A stretch of 64,000 bases of DNA. Origin: Octopus sinensis. Lineage: Eukaryota. Below, one piece after another: positions 36,705-49,960 of the stretch. The position numbers were made by a program, and so were the translations under genes. How positions within the stretch are numbered: the stretch's first letter is position 1; each line of letters opens with the position of its first letter. The notes under the pieces were generated by a model that was not told the DNA's origin, did not search any database, and saw nothing but the letters and a program-made list of their open reading frames with translations. The stretch covers positions 40,300,001-40,364,000 of the forward strand of contig NC_043004.1 of NCBI RefSeq assembly GCF_006345805.1. Reading direction: 5' to 3'.

Positions 36705-37035
36705 TGCATAGCTCAGTGACTAGAGCATTGGGCTCACAATCACGAGGTTGTGAGTTCGATTCTTGGACTGGGTTGTGTGTTGTGTTCTCGGCACTTCTTT
36801 TTCACATTGCTCCAGTTCATTCAGCTTTAAAAATGAGCTGTGACATCATTGGTGCCAAGCTGTATCAGTCTTTATCTTTCCCTAGGATAACATCAGTGGC
36901 CTGGAGAGGGGAGGCTGGTATGCATGGGTGACAGCTGGTCTTCTATAAACAACCATGTCCAGACTTGTACCTCAGTGGGGAACTTTCTAGGTGCAATCCG
37001 ATGGTCATTCATGACCAAAGGGGTTCCTTACCTTT
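36705..37035 (+). mobile_element. tRNA-derived SINE (family E tail, also at about 6420-6530 and 61760-61810)
   Basis: Head gctcagtgactagagc..gagttcgattc; tail actttctaggtgcaatcc..catgacc. Confidence 0.75.
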
Positions 37036-37055
37036 TATATTACATATATACTACA

Positions 37056-37362
37056 CTAGCAGTATCGTCCGGCGTTGCTCGGGTTTGTAAGAGAAATAAC
37101 TATATAAGCATTTTTAGAGAGTTACTTCCCTTATATAACCCGAGCAAAAGTCATTAAAAATGCAGAAAAATGATGGTAAATTTTTTTTTAAATTGTAGAC
37201 TCACCGTAGATGCACGCTAATACCCAGAAGGGCTCGATATGAATGACGACTATAAGATACCCGCTTTTGGTTAAACTGCACCGCAAAATGTGGGAGTAGT
37301 TAGGAATCTAAATTGGAGGAGACAGAGTCTCACACACACAACTTCAATTTTATATATAAAGA
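37056..37362 (-). mobile_element. Non-autonomous Helitron
   Basis: Minus strand A|TCTTTATATATAAAA ... ccgagcaacgccggacgatactg-CTAG|T; no TSD. Confidence 0.85.
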
Positions 37363-38319
37363 TATATAATACATATATATCATTAGTACCAGATTAACCA
37401 TTAAGCAAAATAAGCACATGCTTAGGTCATCAAGGGAAGGAGGGGACACCACAGAAGTGGTAAATGGTCTACTGCACAAAAGAAATCACTTCAAACTTGC
37501 TAAATAATATTCGGGATGCCTTTATCTCTACTAAGTATAGATGCAAATGTGTAACCTAAGATTAATTTTGAGGATCTGATCAAAGACTTTGCAATTCAAA
37601 AATGTAGGATGCAACTTTTCAAATGTAAAGAAAGTGGGAGTATACAAAAATAAATATTATTTTCCCTCTCATTGTTTTCTCTTTTACTCTTTTCTCTTTT
37701 ACTTGTTTCAGTCATTTGACTGCAGCCATGCTGGAGCACTGCCTTTAATCGAGCATCTCGACCTGGGACTTATTCTTTTGTAAGCCCAGTACTTATTCTA
37801 TCGGTCTCTTTTGCCGAACCGCTTAGTAACGGTTTTGTTTCATTTTGAAAAATAAAAATTTATTTTATGGTATGTTATTGCTTATATTTTGAATTACATA
37901 ATCTTATATGAGGGCTCCAAAATCTTTTAAGTGCTTAGGGTCTCGAAGGGTCTTCATCCAGCCCTTTATATCATACATATTTTACAGGCATTCTGTTGGT
38001 TACAATGACAAGTGTTCCAGTTGAAATGGTCAGTGGAACAGCCTGCTCATGAAATTAACGTGCAAGTGGCTGAGCATTCCACAGACAGCATGACACAGAA
38101 TGAGACAATTCATTTTTGCCAGCTGAATGGACTGAAGCAATGTGAAATAAAGTGTCTTGCTCAAGGACACAGCACATGACCTTACAACTGTGAGTTGAAT
38201 ACCCTGAACACTAAGCTACATGCCTTCCCATATTACATATATAACACCTTCCCATATTACATATATATATCATATATATATATTATATATATGTATATTA
38301 TATGTATATATATATCATC

Positions 38320-38820
38320 ATCATCATTGTCGTCGTCATTTAATGTCTACTTTCCATGCTGGCATGGGTTGAACGATTTGACTGAAGACTGGCCAACCTG
38401 ATGGCTGCACCAGGCTCCAATCTGATCTGGCAAAGTTTCTACAGCTAGATGCCCTTCCTAACGCCAACCACTCCGAGAGTGTAGTGGGTGCTTTTATGTG
38501 CCACCGGCACGAGGGCCAGTCAGGCGACTTTGGTAACAACCACGCTTGAATGGTGCTTTTTATGTGCCACCGGCACAAGTACCAGTGAGGCGACTTTGGT
38601 AACAACCATGCTCGAATGGTGCTTTTTTCGTGCCACTGGCACAGGAGCCGGTCAGTGGCCCTGCCAACGATCATGCTCAGATGGTGCTCTTAGCGCTCCA
38701 CTACCACGGATGCTAGTCATGCGCTGCTGTCATCGAGTTTGATTTCAATTTCACTTGCCTCAACAGGTCTTCGCAAGCAGAGCTTAGTGTCCAATGAAGG
38801 AAAGGTACACATACGTGGGC
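38320..38820 (-). mobile_element. RTE 3'-UTR-derived element with internal 66-bp duplication
   Basis: gtgccaccggcac..gcgactttggtaacaacca..gaatggtgc occurs twice. Confidence 0.8.
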
Positions 38821-39407
38821 TGGTTATACAATGCAACAAAACACGCTGCTCACTGTGATAGTCAATGGAATAGAAACGAAATTTTAAAATTCAATGATTT
38901 TTTGAGGCCCAGTACTAAATGAATCATGGCCTGGTATTGGTCTGCAGCACAATGGTTGAGAACCTCTTGATTAGCATATTAAATACATTGCCTCACAGTA
39001 TATTTGTCCTGAATCTCGGCACTCTTAGTTCAATACTTTGCATTTCATCCTTTCACATTTATTGATATTATGACATACATACATACATCTATATAAATAA
39101 GGACAAAACTGTTAATTTAAAATAAAATCAGCATGGAAAAAAATAACCTTCAAAGGTAATAATTATTAAAATTATAAATTAGGGTATCTACGAGATACCA
39201 CCATGCTGAAAATAGCAGCCATGAACTGACTCTAAAACCACCTTGATTTGGCATGGTTTCTATGCCCTTCCTAATGCCAACCACTCGGAGAGTATAATGG
39301 GTGCTTTTATATGCCATCAGCATGGGTGTCAGTTGCATGACACCAGTGTCTTCCACGACTACAACTTCACTTGGCTTGATGTTGATTATTGCAGTTGAAT
39401 CATTTTA

Positions 39408-39971
39408 TTGGGTTGTCCAGAAAGTTTGTGCCGATTTATAGTAGCTTACCTTTCAACTTATTTTAGAACATGGTTGAGTCCATAAAATAGGATTTAACTA
39501 CACCTCCATTTAGAGCACAGTTTAAGCTATCTTTTCGTGGAAGAAGGTTTATGTTCCTATAACCTGTGTTAATTCTGTAACCCTTTAAAATGGAAGATAA
39601 GAAAGTTCATTTTCAGCACTTGATACTTTGGGAACCAGACAAAAATTGCTGCAGCTCAGCTGGGATGTGTTACCCCACCCTCCATATTCACCAGATGTTG
39701 CTCCTTCGGATTTCCACTTATTCAGGCCTCTGCAGAATAGTCTTAATGGTAAAAATTTCAATTCCTTGGATGACGTAAAAAGATACCTTAATGAATTCTT
39801 TGCCATAAAACCACCTCAATTCTGGGAAGAGGGTATTTTCAAGTTAAAGGAATGATAGAGACATATTTTCAAGTTAAAGGAAAGATAGAGACGATTAAAA
39901 ATGTAATGGCAAGTATTTATTGACCATTTTCTTTCCTTTAAAAACTGGCACAAACTTTCCGGACAACCCAA
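39408..39971 (+). mobile_element. Internally deleted mariner (DD34D-type C-terminus)
   Basis: TA flanks; TIR ttgggttgtccagaaagtttgtgcc and its inverse; frame LPHPPYSPDVAPSDFHLFRPLQNSLNGKNFNSLDDVKRYL. Confidence 0.9.
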
Positions 39972-41419
39972 TACATAAGCAGTATTTCTCTTGAAAGTTA
40001 CTTGCCAACTTCACAAATGCTGGTGGCACAAGAAAAGCACACACTACACACTGTAAAGCATTGGTGTCAGGAAGGGCATCCAGTTGTAGGAACCATGGCA
40101 TAGCTCTGCAGTTAGCCAGGTTCTGTCAATTTGTTCCAATCCATGCTGGCATAGAAAACAGACACTAGATGATGATAATGGTTGTGGGGGACAACAACAA
40201 AAATGAATATGTCTGGTCTATCTAAACCAGAGTATCCCATATTCTTTCATGAATAGTTATTTGTTGTATCTATTGGTTCATCATTCAATATTAGTTCATT
40301 ATCTCATTATCGTTACCAATTGCAGAAATTCTACATGAGGAATTTGCAGCCAAATTCTCTCTTCTTAGACAGTATTCTATTTCTCATGAGAACCGAGAAG
40401 CTGTTTTATGATACAGTTTAGCTTTTTTAACATCATATTTAAGTTACTTATGAAATAGGAAAGCTCTTGTTTGCTGATCTCGTTAGCAAGTTTGAATTTT
40501 TGTGCTTCGAAGCAGCATCACACATTTTTCAACTGATTTGACTATTACAAGGGCTTCTAATTCTACAGCAGGCTATTGCTTGTCATTATCATCCAATCAG
40601 TGTGAATAGAAACAAATTGACTGTCCATCAGTTTGCATTAAGACAGCACCTAACAGTGCCAAAGACATATATGTTTCAAGACGAAGTAAAGAACCAGGTG
40701 TTAGAACAGATAACGAAGCTGCTACAACGCTGCCTTTCAGTCTCTTAATTGCATTAAGACATTAATTTAAAATTGTTTAATTGTTTTGTCTCTTGACTAT
40801 GTTTGAGAAAAGACTGCAAATTTTTAATATGAAACCTTCTATTATCCCTACATCTCACCATGCCACCAAAATAAGGAGAGACTTAAATCCTTAACAATTT
40901 CTCTTAAAGTGAATCCATACAAACAACCACCCCACCAATCAGTAACTCTAAGGCACATTTGCATAAATTGTATAATTTCATTATTTGCTTCATAGGTTAT
41001 CCAAATTTTGCTCCTGGGGAGGCATGGTAACTGATAATATGCCAGACATGGGAGCTCCCTTAAATTTGACTTATAACATCACAAATGAGGGACACAGGAA
41101 ATGCATATAACTCATCATCATTATCAACATCATTGTCGTCATCATCATCATCGTCATCGATGTTTTAACATCCACTTTTTGTATGGGCCAAATGAAATTT
41201 GTTGAGGGTAATTTTCTACACCTGGATGCTCTTCCAATCGCCACCCCTTACCTGTTTCCAAAAGTGAGGTAATATTTTGCCCTGAACAGACATGTCTCAG
41301 AAGATTGGAAGCAAAGGATACTGCTTGCATGACAGTAACACTTGCTTACAGCTACTACACAATGTCAAGAAGACAGTACCACACACACACGTGTGCATAT
41401 ATATACATATATATATATA

Positions 41420-41668
41420 GGTACAGGGGTGGCTGTGTGGTAAGTAGCCATAGGCGCAGGAGTGGCTGTGTGGATAACCTTTGAATTTGGATAACCTTTG
41501 GAGGATTGGCTGTGTGGTAAGTGGATTGCTAACTAGCTACATGGTTCTGGGTTCAGTCTCACTGCATGGCACCTTGGGCAAGTGTCTTCTACTATAGTCT
41601 CAGGCCGACCAAAGCCTTGTGAGTGGATTTGGTAGACGGAAACTGAAAGAAGCCCATCGTATATATGA

Positions 41669-41718
<50 letters not shown>

Positions 41719-41935
41719 ATGTGTTTGTGTTTGTCCCCCCCAACATCACTTGACAACCGATACTGGTGTGTTTACGTCCTCGTAACTTAGCAGTTCGGCA
41801 AAAGAGACTGATACAAAAAGTACTAGGATTACAAAGAATAAGTCCTGGGGTCGATTTGCTTGACTAAAGGTGGTGCTCCAGCATGGCCACAGTCAAATGA
41901 CTGAAACAGGTAAAAGAGTAAAAGAATAAAGAATG
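41420..41935 (+). mobile_element. SINE family A with reiterated 5' head
   Basis: tggctgtgtgg occurs three times before the body. Confidence 0.85.
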
Positions 41936-42954
41936 TATGTGTGTGTGTGCGTGTGCATATGGATATATATATGCATACGTACATGCACACACACTCACTT
42001 ACACACACACACACACACATACACACAGAAAAATACATGCCAGGCTTCATTCAGTTTCTGTCTACCAAATCCATTCATAAGGCTTTAGTCAGCTGAAGGC
42101 TATAGAATAAGACACTTACTCAAACTGCCAAACTGAGGGACTGAACCTGAAAACCGATATTTAGGAATCATACTTACTACCACAGTGCCTGTTTATATCT
42201 GTTAACAGAAGAACTTGGTCAACCATCAAATGCTTATTGTTACGCCCCCTTCTTGGACTGCAGCAAGTAAGGAATGCCATGCCAACTTTGCAAGGATAAT
42301 TACTCTTTCAGCCAACAGTTTATTAATTAGGATTTTAATGATTTCCGGGTCTTCAAAAGAATGATTCTGAGGAAGAACAACATACAGATATTACATCCAC
42401 AGAATTTCCTAAACTTCATTCAGGGAATGTTTAAAGTTCTGAAGATTTGTCAAAGAATGCCATTAAATCTCAGACATATACATGCAACTGATACACTTGA
42501 AGTTGGAAGATTAGTTTTCAATTTAATTTGTTGTGACTAAAACTGTGATAAATCTGACATTTCCAAGATAGCAAATGAGATAATACTCCAGTTACTAGAT
42601 ATCAGTTGTTTGTTTCAATGTTTAGAATTGTTTGTCTGTTCATGTTAAATACGTTTTTCCATGCTAGCATGAGTTGGACTTTATAATTATCTTAAGCTTG
42701 TTTCCATCAGCAAATTCCATTTTAGACAATGATTTGGCTTACGGCTTAATACCAAGCTTCTTCACAATACCTTCAGAAATCATCACCAATTCGCTATCAC
42801 TGTCATTTAGCTACCATTGATTCTACACAGCCATAATATCTAAAAGAAAGTGTTGCTGTTTAGTTGTTTAACCATTTATCATCCATTTTACATAATGCTT
42901 ATTTATTCACATTGTTTTGAATTAATCATGCATTATATCATACTCTCTCTCTCT

Positions 42955-43345
42955 CTACTCTTTTACTCTTTTACTTGTTTCAGTCATTTTGACTGTGGCC
43001 ATGCTGGAGCACCGCCTTTAGTCGAGCAAATCGACCCCAGGACTTATTCTTTATAAGCCTAGTACTTATTCTATTGGTCTCTCTTGCCGAACCGCTAAGT
43101 TACGGGGACGTAAACACACCAGCATCGGTTGTCAAGTGATGTTGGGGGGACAAACACAGACACACAAACACACACACATACATATATATATACACACATA
43201 TATATGACGGGCTTCTTTCAGTTTCCGTCTACCAAATCCGCTCACAAGGCTTTAGTCGGCCCGATGCTATAGTAGAAGACACTTGCCCAAGGTGCCACGC
43301 AGTGAGACTGAACCCGGAACCATGTTGGTAAGCAAGCTACTTACC
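42955..43345 (-). mobile_element. Young SINE family A
   Basis: Reverse complement of the family. Confidence 0.9.
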
Positions 43346-43809
43346 ACACAGTCACTCCTATGCCTAGCTTCAACATTTCAATGATGTGATAGTTTATTTT
43401 AGAATGATATTGTAGGGATCTACAAAAGACTGGATCTGGCAAGTTTGAACATAAAACAGGTAGAATATTTTGACAGGATGTGACTGGTTTAAATTCTAAA
43501 GGGTTAATGTGATGAGCCTTTCTCCTATAAACACAAGGCCTGGGGAGAGGTGGGGGTAGCCGATTACATCAATCTCAGTGTTCAACTGATACTTATTTTA
43601 TCAATCCCAAAAGGATGAAAAGCAAAGTTGACCTGGGTGGAATTTGAACTCAGAATGCAAAGACAAACGAAATGTTGTTAAGTATTTTGTCCAGCATGCT
43701 AACAATTCTGCCAGTAGACTGCCTTTAATACTTTGATAATGATTTCAAATTTTGACACAAGATCAGCAAATTCAGGGGTGAGGGCCAGCCAATTACATTG
43801 ACTCCAGTA

Positions 43810-44130
43810 CTCAAATGGTTTGTTGTTGTTTGTTCCTTCTCGAGCCATGCCAGGCTCATAAGGGCCGGTTTCCCGGTTTCTTGGCATACAGGTTCCCCAC
43901 CTGGACGGGATGCCGGTCCGTCGCAGGTGAGCTGAAAGATGCAGGAGGAAAGAGTGAGAGAAATTTGTGGCGAAAGAGTCAGCAGAAGTTCGCCATTACC
44001 TTCTGCCGGAGCTGCGTGGAGCTTAGGAGTTTTGCCCATAAACACACACATTGCCCGGTCTGAGATTCGAACCCACGATCCCTCAACTGCGAGTCCGCTG
44101 CTCTAACCACTAGGCCATGTGCCTCCACAC
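43810..44130 (-). mobile_element. tRNA-derived SINE with V-domain-like tail (also 53850-54160 plus)
   Basis: Head ggaggcacatggcctagtggttagagc..ggttcgaatctc; cctgcgacggaccggcatcccgtccagg. Confidence 0.8.
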
Positions 44131-44329
44131 TCAAATGGTTTGTGTTTTATTGATCCCAAAAGAATAAAAGGAAAAGTTGACCTTAACAGAATTTTAACTT
44201 AGAACATAAAGAGAGCCAAAATTGCAAAATTCCTAGCTTGCTAGCAATTCTGACAGCTGATTTTAATGCTGTAATAATGTTAATAGAATTGGTCTCCAAG
44301 ATACCTTTGCAAAATGTTATTTTATGATT

Positions 44330-44900
44330 AAGACATTGTTTATCAACAGCAAGACTTTCACTGTAGCTGTGTAAAGTCTTTGATCAACACTAAAAGTAAG
44401 TTTTAGCTGGAATTGAAGTTGATTTCCCATGGCAGCAACACAAGAATTATGGTCATTGGGATTAATTCTGTTCCAAGCACTAAACAGTAGACTATTCTGT
44501 CTAAGCTGTAAAACAGCATCTTATTATGTAAAATTTCTCCCAGCTTTATGAGACAAGGCATAACTATGGTAAATTGCCTTTCAACCAGCTTTTCTATTAA
44601 GTCCTTGGTAAAAGCCATCTTTAATAGTCTCTATCACAAATGGGATAAGAATTTTACTGTATTTTGATATATGACTCAGAGAACCGATGAAGTCTTTAAT
44701 ATGTTATCCAAGCTATTATTTCAATGAATATAATTTTATTCATTCATTCAGTATATTTTTGCTGCTGGTAAATTTAGAGGCAATGAAATTTTTTGCTCTT
44801 CTATAAGACATAACACTATCTTCAGCTTCCTCTTTTGTAATTTTAAGCCATTTTATTTCATCATAGTAACTGGCGGTTGTATCTTTCTGACTTAACATAG
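44330..44900 (+). pseudogene. Possible highly decayed Penelope-like RT
   Basis: CVKSLINT (cf. DVKSLFT), about 63 codons later GITMVNCLS (cf. GxxMGSPLS), about 37 codons later F*YM (cf. RYxDD). Spacing fits but residues are eroded. Confidence 0.35.
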
Positions 44901-45771
44901 ATAAATCCATTTTATTGTTCTTGTTTGGCTTTGTAGGTTTAAGATATCTTTCAAACTGGATAATAAATTTATCACACACCATTGCAGAATTATCCTTTAA
45001 CAAAGGCATGTTGATTATTATTGATGTCATAGATAATTATAAAAACTTCTGAAGTGTGGAAATTATTGTAATATATAATCTCAAGGAGTCAATATCCAAC
45101 CATAAATGTGTTTTCACACTTCAGAAGCAGTCAAATAATGAAGTTGTTTTATCCAACTTTTAAAATGTTAAGCTGTTCTATAAGAGGCCAATACCCAGCA
45201 CCATGGCACTCTCATGATCTCATCATTGGTAATTAAAACTGCAAAGAATATCCAATACTAAAAACCCAATTCCACACAGGGAATTTTCCCTCATCCTCTT
45301 TGAATGATTTAGCTATTTTCCTATACTCTTTTACTTGTTTCAGTCATTTGACTGTGGCCATGCTGGAGCACCACCTTTTAGTCGAGCAAATCGACCCCAG
45401 GACTTATTCTTTGTAAGCCTAGTACTTATTCTATCAGTCTCTTTTAACGAACCACTAAGTTATGGGGACATAAACACACCAGCATCGGTTGTCAAGCGAT
45501 GTTGGGGGGACAAACACAGACACACAAACATATACACATACATGGCACTCACAACCCATTCCTCAGCTCTCTTAGCAACAACCTGACTATAGAGCTTAAC
45601 ATCCTATCAAAAGCTTGTTTTCAAGTTCACAGATGTGATGGAAAGGGAATCGTTCCTCAGTGTTACTTCACCTAGAAGGGAACATTAGTGATTCTACTTC
45701 CTGGTTACAGACCGAAGCAACCAAATTTGTTAGCAGAAGCTGTGTGAAAGCCTATTAGCCTACTGTACATA

Positions 45772-45813
<42 letters not shown>

Positions 45814-45818
<5 letters not shown>

Positions 45819-45910
45819 TATATTAAATTAGAGACAAAACCACTATTAGGCAAATCAAACATTGTTTGATTTGCCTAATAGTGGTTTTGTCTCTAATTTA
45901 ATATAATATA
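45814..45910. repeat. Perfect palindrome, 48-bp arms, 1-nt centre
   Basis: 45814-45861 is the reverse complement of 45863-45910. Confidence 0.95.
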
Positions 45911-46012
45911 ATATTTTACTATAAAATTGGATTCAATCCTAAATCTGATTTTTCCCTGTAAGTTTGGATTTATTCCCTAATATTTATTATTATATATATA
46001 TATATATATTTA

Positions 46013-46309
46013 TCATTGAGACTTTTTCAACTGTAAGTATGGAAAACAATTAAATTTTGGGAAAATCAAATGAAAAGTTTTTTAAAAGAATATTTGCATA
46101 GTGTTCAAATACAAGTGGCATTTTCCTTGTTTCTGCCTGCCTCTGTCTCTCTTCTTTACTCTTGTAACAAGAGAGACAGAAACAGGCAGAAACAAGGAAA
46201 ATGCCCTTTGTATTTGAATACTATGCAAATATTCTTTTAAAAAACTTTTCTTTTAATTTTCCAAAATTTAATTGTCTTCCATACTTACAGTTGAAAAAAA
46301 TCTCAATGA
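46013..46309. repeat. Fold-back, about 140-bp imperfect arms, 15-nt loop
   Basis: tcattgag..tctgtctctctt / aagagagacaga..ctcaatga. Confidence 0.9.
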
Positions 46310-46469
46310 CTGAAACTGGTACTGAAATGTTTTTTATAGAATTATTTTAGCATTTTCTACCTTGACCTTTTTTTCCCTATATATATATGTATGTGTGTGT
46401 GTATGTGTGTGTATGTATATGTATATAAATATATATATGTATGTATATATATATATATACGCACATATG

Positions 46470-47044
46470 CAGGGTGTCCCAAAGTCACTGGGGGGTTTCA
46501 ATTTTTAGTAACTCCCGTAACTTTACAAATAAATACATGAAATTTTGATACATTATAAAGAACGTAATGGAAATTAATATGCACAAATCAAATTTTGCAA
46601 CAGCACTACATCACGTATGAAAAATGGTATCACTTAAATGGCAGCCATTTTTGGCTTCGCATGTCCATGCTCTTTCCAAAACTTGCACCAAAACACCCTC
46701 AAGAGTTTCAGATCTCACTTCTCTGATTTCTTTATTGATGTTCTCCTTCGGTTGCACCAGGGTCTCTGGCTTGTTGAAGTAAACTCTCTTTCAAGTGTCC
46801 ATGATGGAGATGCTTTTGAGCCTGGCCATTCAAATTAGACCTCACATATGGTTCCAGCAAGGTGGGGCAACTGCTCATACCACAAGAGAAACAATGCAGT
46901 TGCTATGGCAGTGCTTTGGAGAGAGAATAATCTCCCACCACGGCAATGTCAACTGACCTTCCATGTTACCCTGTGGTGCTCAGCAAGTAAAGCTAAGGAC
47001 GTTATTAAAAATTGAAACCCATCAGTGACTTTTGAGACATCCTG
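46470..47044 (+). mobile_element. Internally deleted Tc1/mariner-superfamily element
   Basis: TIRs cagggtgtcccaaagtcactg / cagtgacttttgagacatcctg; relics HIWFQQGGATAHT and FGERIISHHGNVN*P. Confidence 0.8.
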
Positions 47045-47064
47045 TGTATATACATATATATATT

Positions 47065-47133
<69 letters not shown>

Positions 47134-47282
47134 CAAAAATAAGGGTGAAAGATTGGATATTAATTTAATAACACCAATTCAACACCAAGCGGTCCAGCGC
47201 ACAAAAACTGAGATTCAGTAAATATTAATACACAAATATCCTCTCTTATATTTGTGTGTATATATTATATAGATAGATAGAT

Positions 47283-47331
<49 letters not shown>

Positions 47332-47347
47332 CATACATACATGTATG

Positions 47348-47378
<31 letters not shown>

Positions 47379-47622
47379 ATATGTATATATATATATATAT
47401 ATAGATATATATATATACATACATACACATACACATATATATATATATATATATATATATGTGTTGGTGCGGATGTGTATCTTTCTGTTTGTGTTTGTCA
47501 CCTACCACCACTTGACAACCAGTGTTGGTTTATTTGCATCTCTGTAACTTCATGGTTTGTAAAAAGAGACCGATAGAATAAGTACTAGGCTTAAACCATA
47601 ACATTTACTAATATATCATTTA

Positions 47623-47905
47623 ATACACACAGAATCTAAATTCAATCTACTATTAGTTTCATGTTGTGGAAACATGATGGTCTGACAAGATTGTAGAAAG
47701 TATTGTATGTTTCCAAGCAAATTTTCAAATTCAAATATACAATATGGCTGTATATTAAGAAAAAAAACAAAGAAACAAGAAAGGACCTGTTGTATATTTG
47801 AGTTGGAAAGATTGCTTGGAAACATGACACTCTTTTCAAGCTTGTCTGACTATCATGTTTTCACATCATGAAACTAATAACAGTTTAAATTTAAATCCTG
47901 TGTAT
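47623..47905. repeat. Diverged fold-back, about 120-bp arms, 47-nt spacer
   Basis: attagtttcatgttgtggaaacatgat..ccaagcaa pairs with ttgcttgg..atcatgttttcacatcatgaaactaat. Confidence 0.85.
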
Positions 47906-48010
47906 ATATATTAAACATTTGCATTGTTTTAGCTTCCAAATGATGCCATCCTATTGGCTAGGCAAGCAGGCCAATATATATATATATATACACACATGTG
48001 TGTGTGTATC

Positions 48011-48046
<36 letters not shown>

Positions 48047-48348
48047 TGTATGTATGTATGTATGTATGTATGTATGTATGTGTGTGTATATATATATATA
48101 TGTACGCATACAGACATGCATACATACACACCTACACACACATACACACTCTCACATATATAACTATATATGTATATATATGTGTGTATGTGTATCTATC
48201 TCTATATATGCATGTGTGCATATATCAAAGATATAAACAAGCATAATATATATATATATTTATGCCCATCAAACATATATATTTGCACATATATACACAT
48301 ATATTCATACATGCATTTGCATGTGAATGTATGCATGAGAATTTATAC

Positions 48349-48384
<36 letters not shown>

Positions 48385-49138
48385 ATACACACACAGACAT
48401 ATATGGTTATCTAATCACATATGCATATATATATACATGTACATATTGTAACCAAGCTCTGCTAATTTCAATTTGAATGTTGATAAAGAGCAAATTATTA
48501 AAAGCAAAAAAAAATTTTTTTTAATAATAATAAAATAGAACTATTTTTTTTATATTTGGAAATATGAAAAGACAAAAAAAAATACAATGCAAGAAATAAA
48601 GAAAGAAGGAATTACAGAAAAATTAAAATATCAAACTGCTTTCTAATTGAATGCATGCACATTGAAAAATCCAGTATGCTTTCATTGCCTGCTATTATGG
48701 TACTTGATGCTAGGTTATGCTGCCCTACAATATTGCAGGTATTCTAAGAAAAGTAGCTGCAAACTGGCAGTGTTGGTAGAGCATGATGATTGTTGCAGAT
48801 CTGTATGCTCTATGTTCAAATCCTGCTAAGGTTAATTTTACCTTTTTTTTATCCTTTCAGTGTCAATAAAAAAAGTGCCAATGTAAAGTAACAGATTGCT
48901 GTGACTGTCAGAGGGCCAGGTAAGATTCTTTATGACATTGCTTCCATCCCTTTGCTTTCTAGCAACTTCACCATAGATATTCCTGTACAGCCCGAGCTGT
49001 AATGGCCCAAGCTAGCAGCTTTTCCCCCTCGGATATAGATCGATGGCACTGAGAAGGGTGACTTGTATGCATGGGCAACTGCTAGTCTGCCTCAAACATT
49101 CTTGCCAAAGCCTGCATATGTCTATATATGCAAACACA

Positions 49139-49469
49139 CGCCGAGGTCAACTTTGCCTTTCATCCTTTCGGGGTCGATAAATTAAGTACCAGTTAAGAAC
49201 TGGGGTCGATGTAATTGACTTAATCCGTCTGTCTGTCCTTGTTTGTCCTCTCTGTGTTTAGCCCCTTGTGGGTAGTAAAGAAATAGGTATTTCATCTGCC
49301 GTTACGTTCTGAGTTCAAATTCCGCCGAGGTCAACTTTGCCTTTCATCCTTTCAGAGTCAATAAATTAAGTACCAGTTAAGCACTGGGGTCGATGTAATC
49401 GACTTAATCCATCTGTCTGTTGTTGTTTGTCCCTTCTGTGTTTAGCCCCTTGTGGGTAGTAAAGAAATA
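49139..49469 (+). mobile_element. Head-to-tail SINE family B dimer within one 16-bp TSD
   Basis: TSD tatatatgcaaacaca at 49123-38 and 49470-85. Confidence 0.85.
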
Positions 49470-49559
49470 TATATATGCAAACACAGGATCAATTGAGTCT
49501 GATGGATGCCTAGTATAGCAGCATTAGACCATAACTGTCAGATGCCTTGTGCCTTTCAT

Positions 49560-49960
49560 CCTCATCTTCATCATTTATTGTCCAGTTGTCCATGCTGGCA
49601 TGGACTGGATGGTTTGACCAGGGCTGGTAAGCTGAGGAGTTTGCATCAGACTCGAGTCTAATCTGGTGTAGTTTCTACATCTGAATGCCCTTCCTAATGT
49701 CAATGCCCTTCCTAACACCTTACATCATCATCATCATCATCATCGTCTAACGTCCACTTTCCATGCTAGCATGGGTTGGACGATTTTGACTGATGTTTGG
49801 CAAGCCAGGAAGCTGCACCAGGCTCCAATCTTGATCTGGCAGAGTTTCTACAGCTGGATGCCCTTCCTAATGCCAACCACTCCGAGAGCGTAGTGGGTGC
49901 TTTTTACGTTCCACCAGCACAGGGGCCAGTCAGGTGACCCTGGCAACGACCTCGTTTGAA
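49560..49960 (-). mobile_element. Two adjacent RTE 3'-end-related elements
   Basis: ccatgc(t)ggcatgg..ttcctaa motifs occur twice. Confidence 0.8.
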
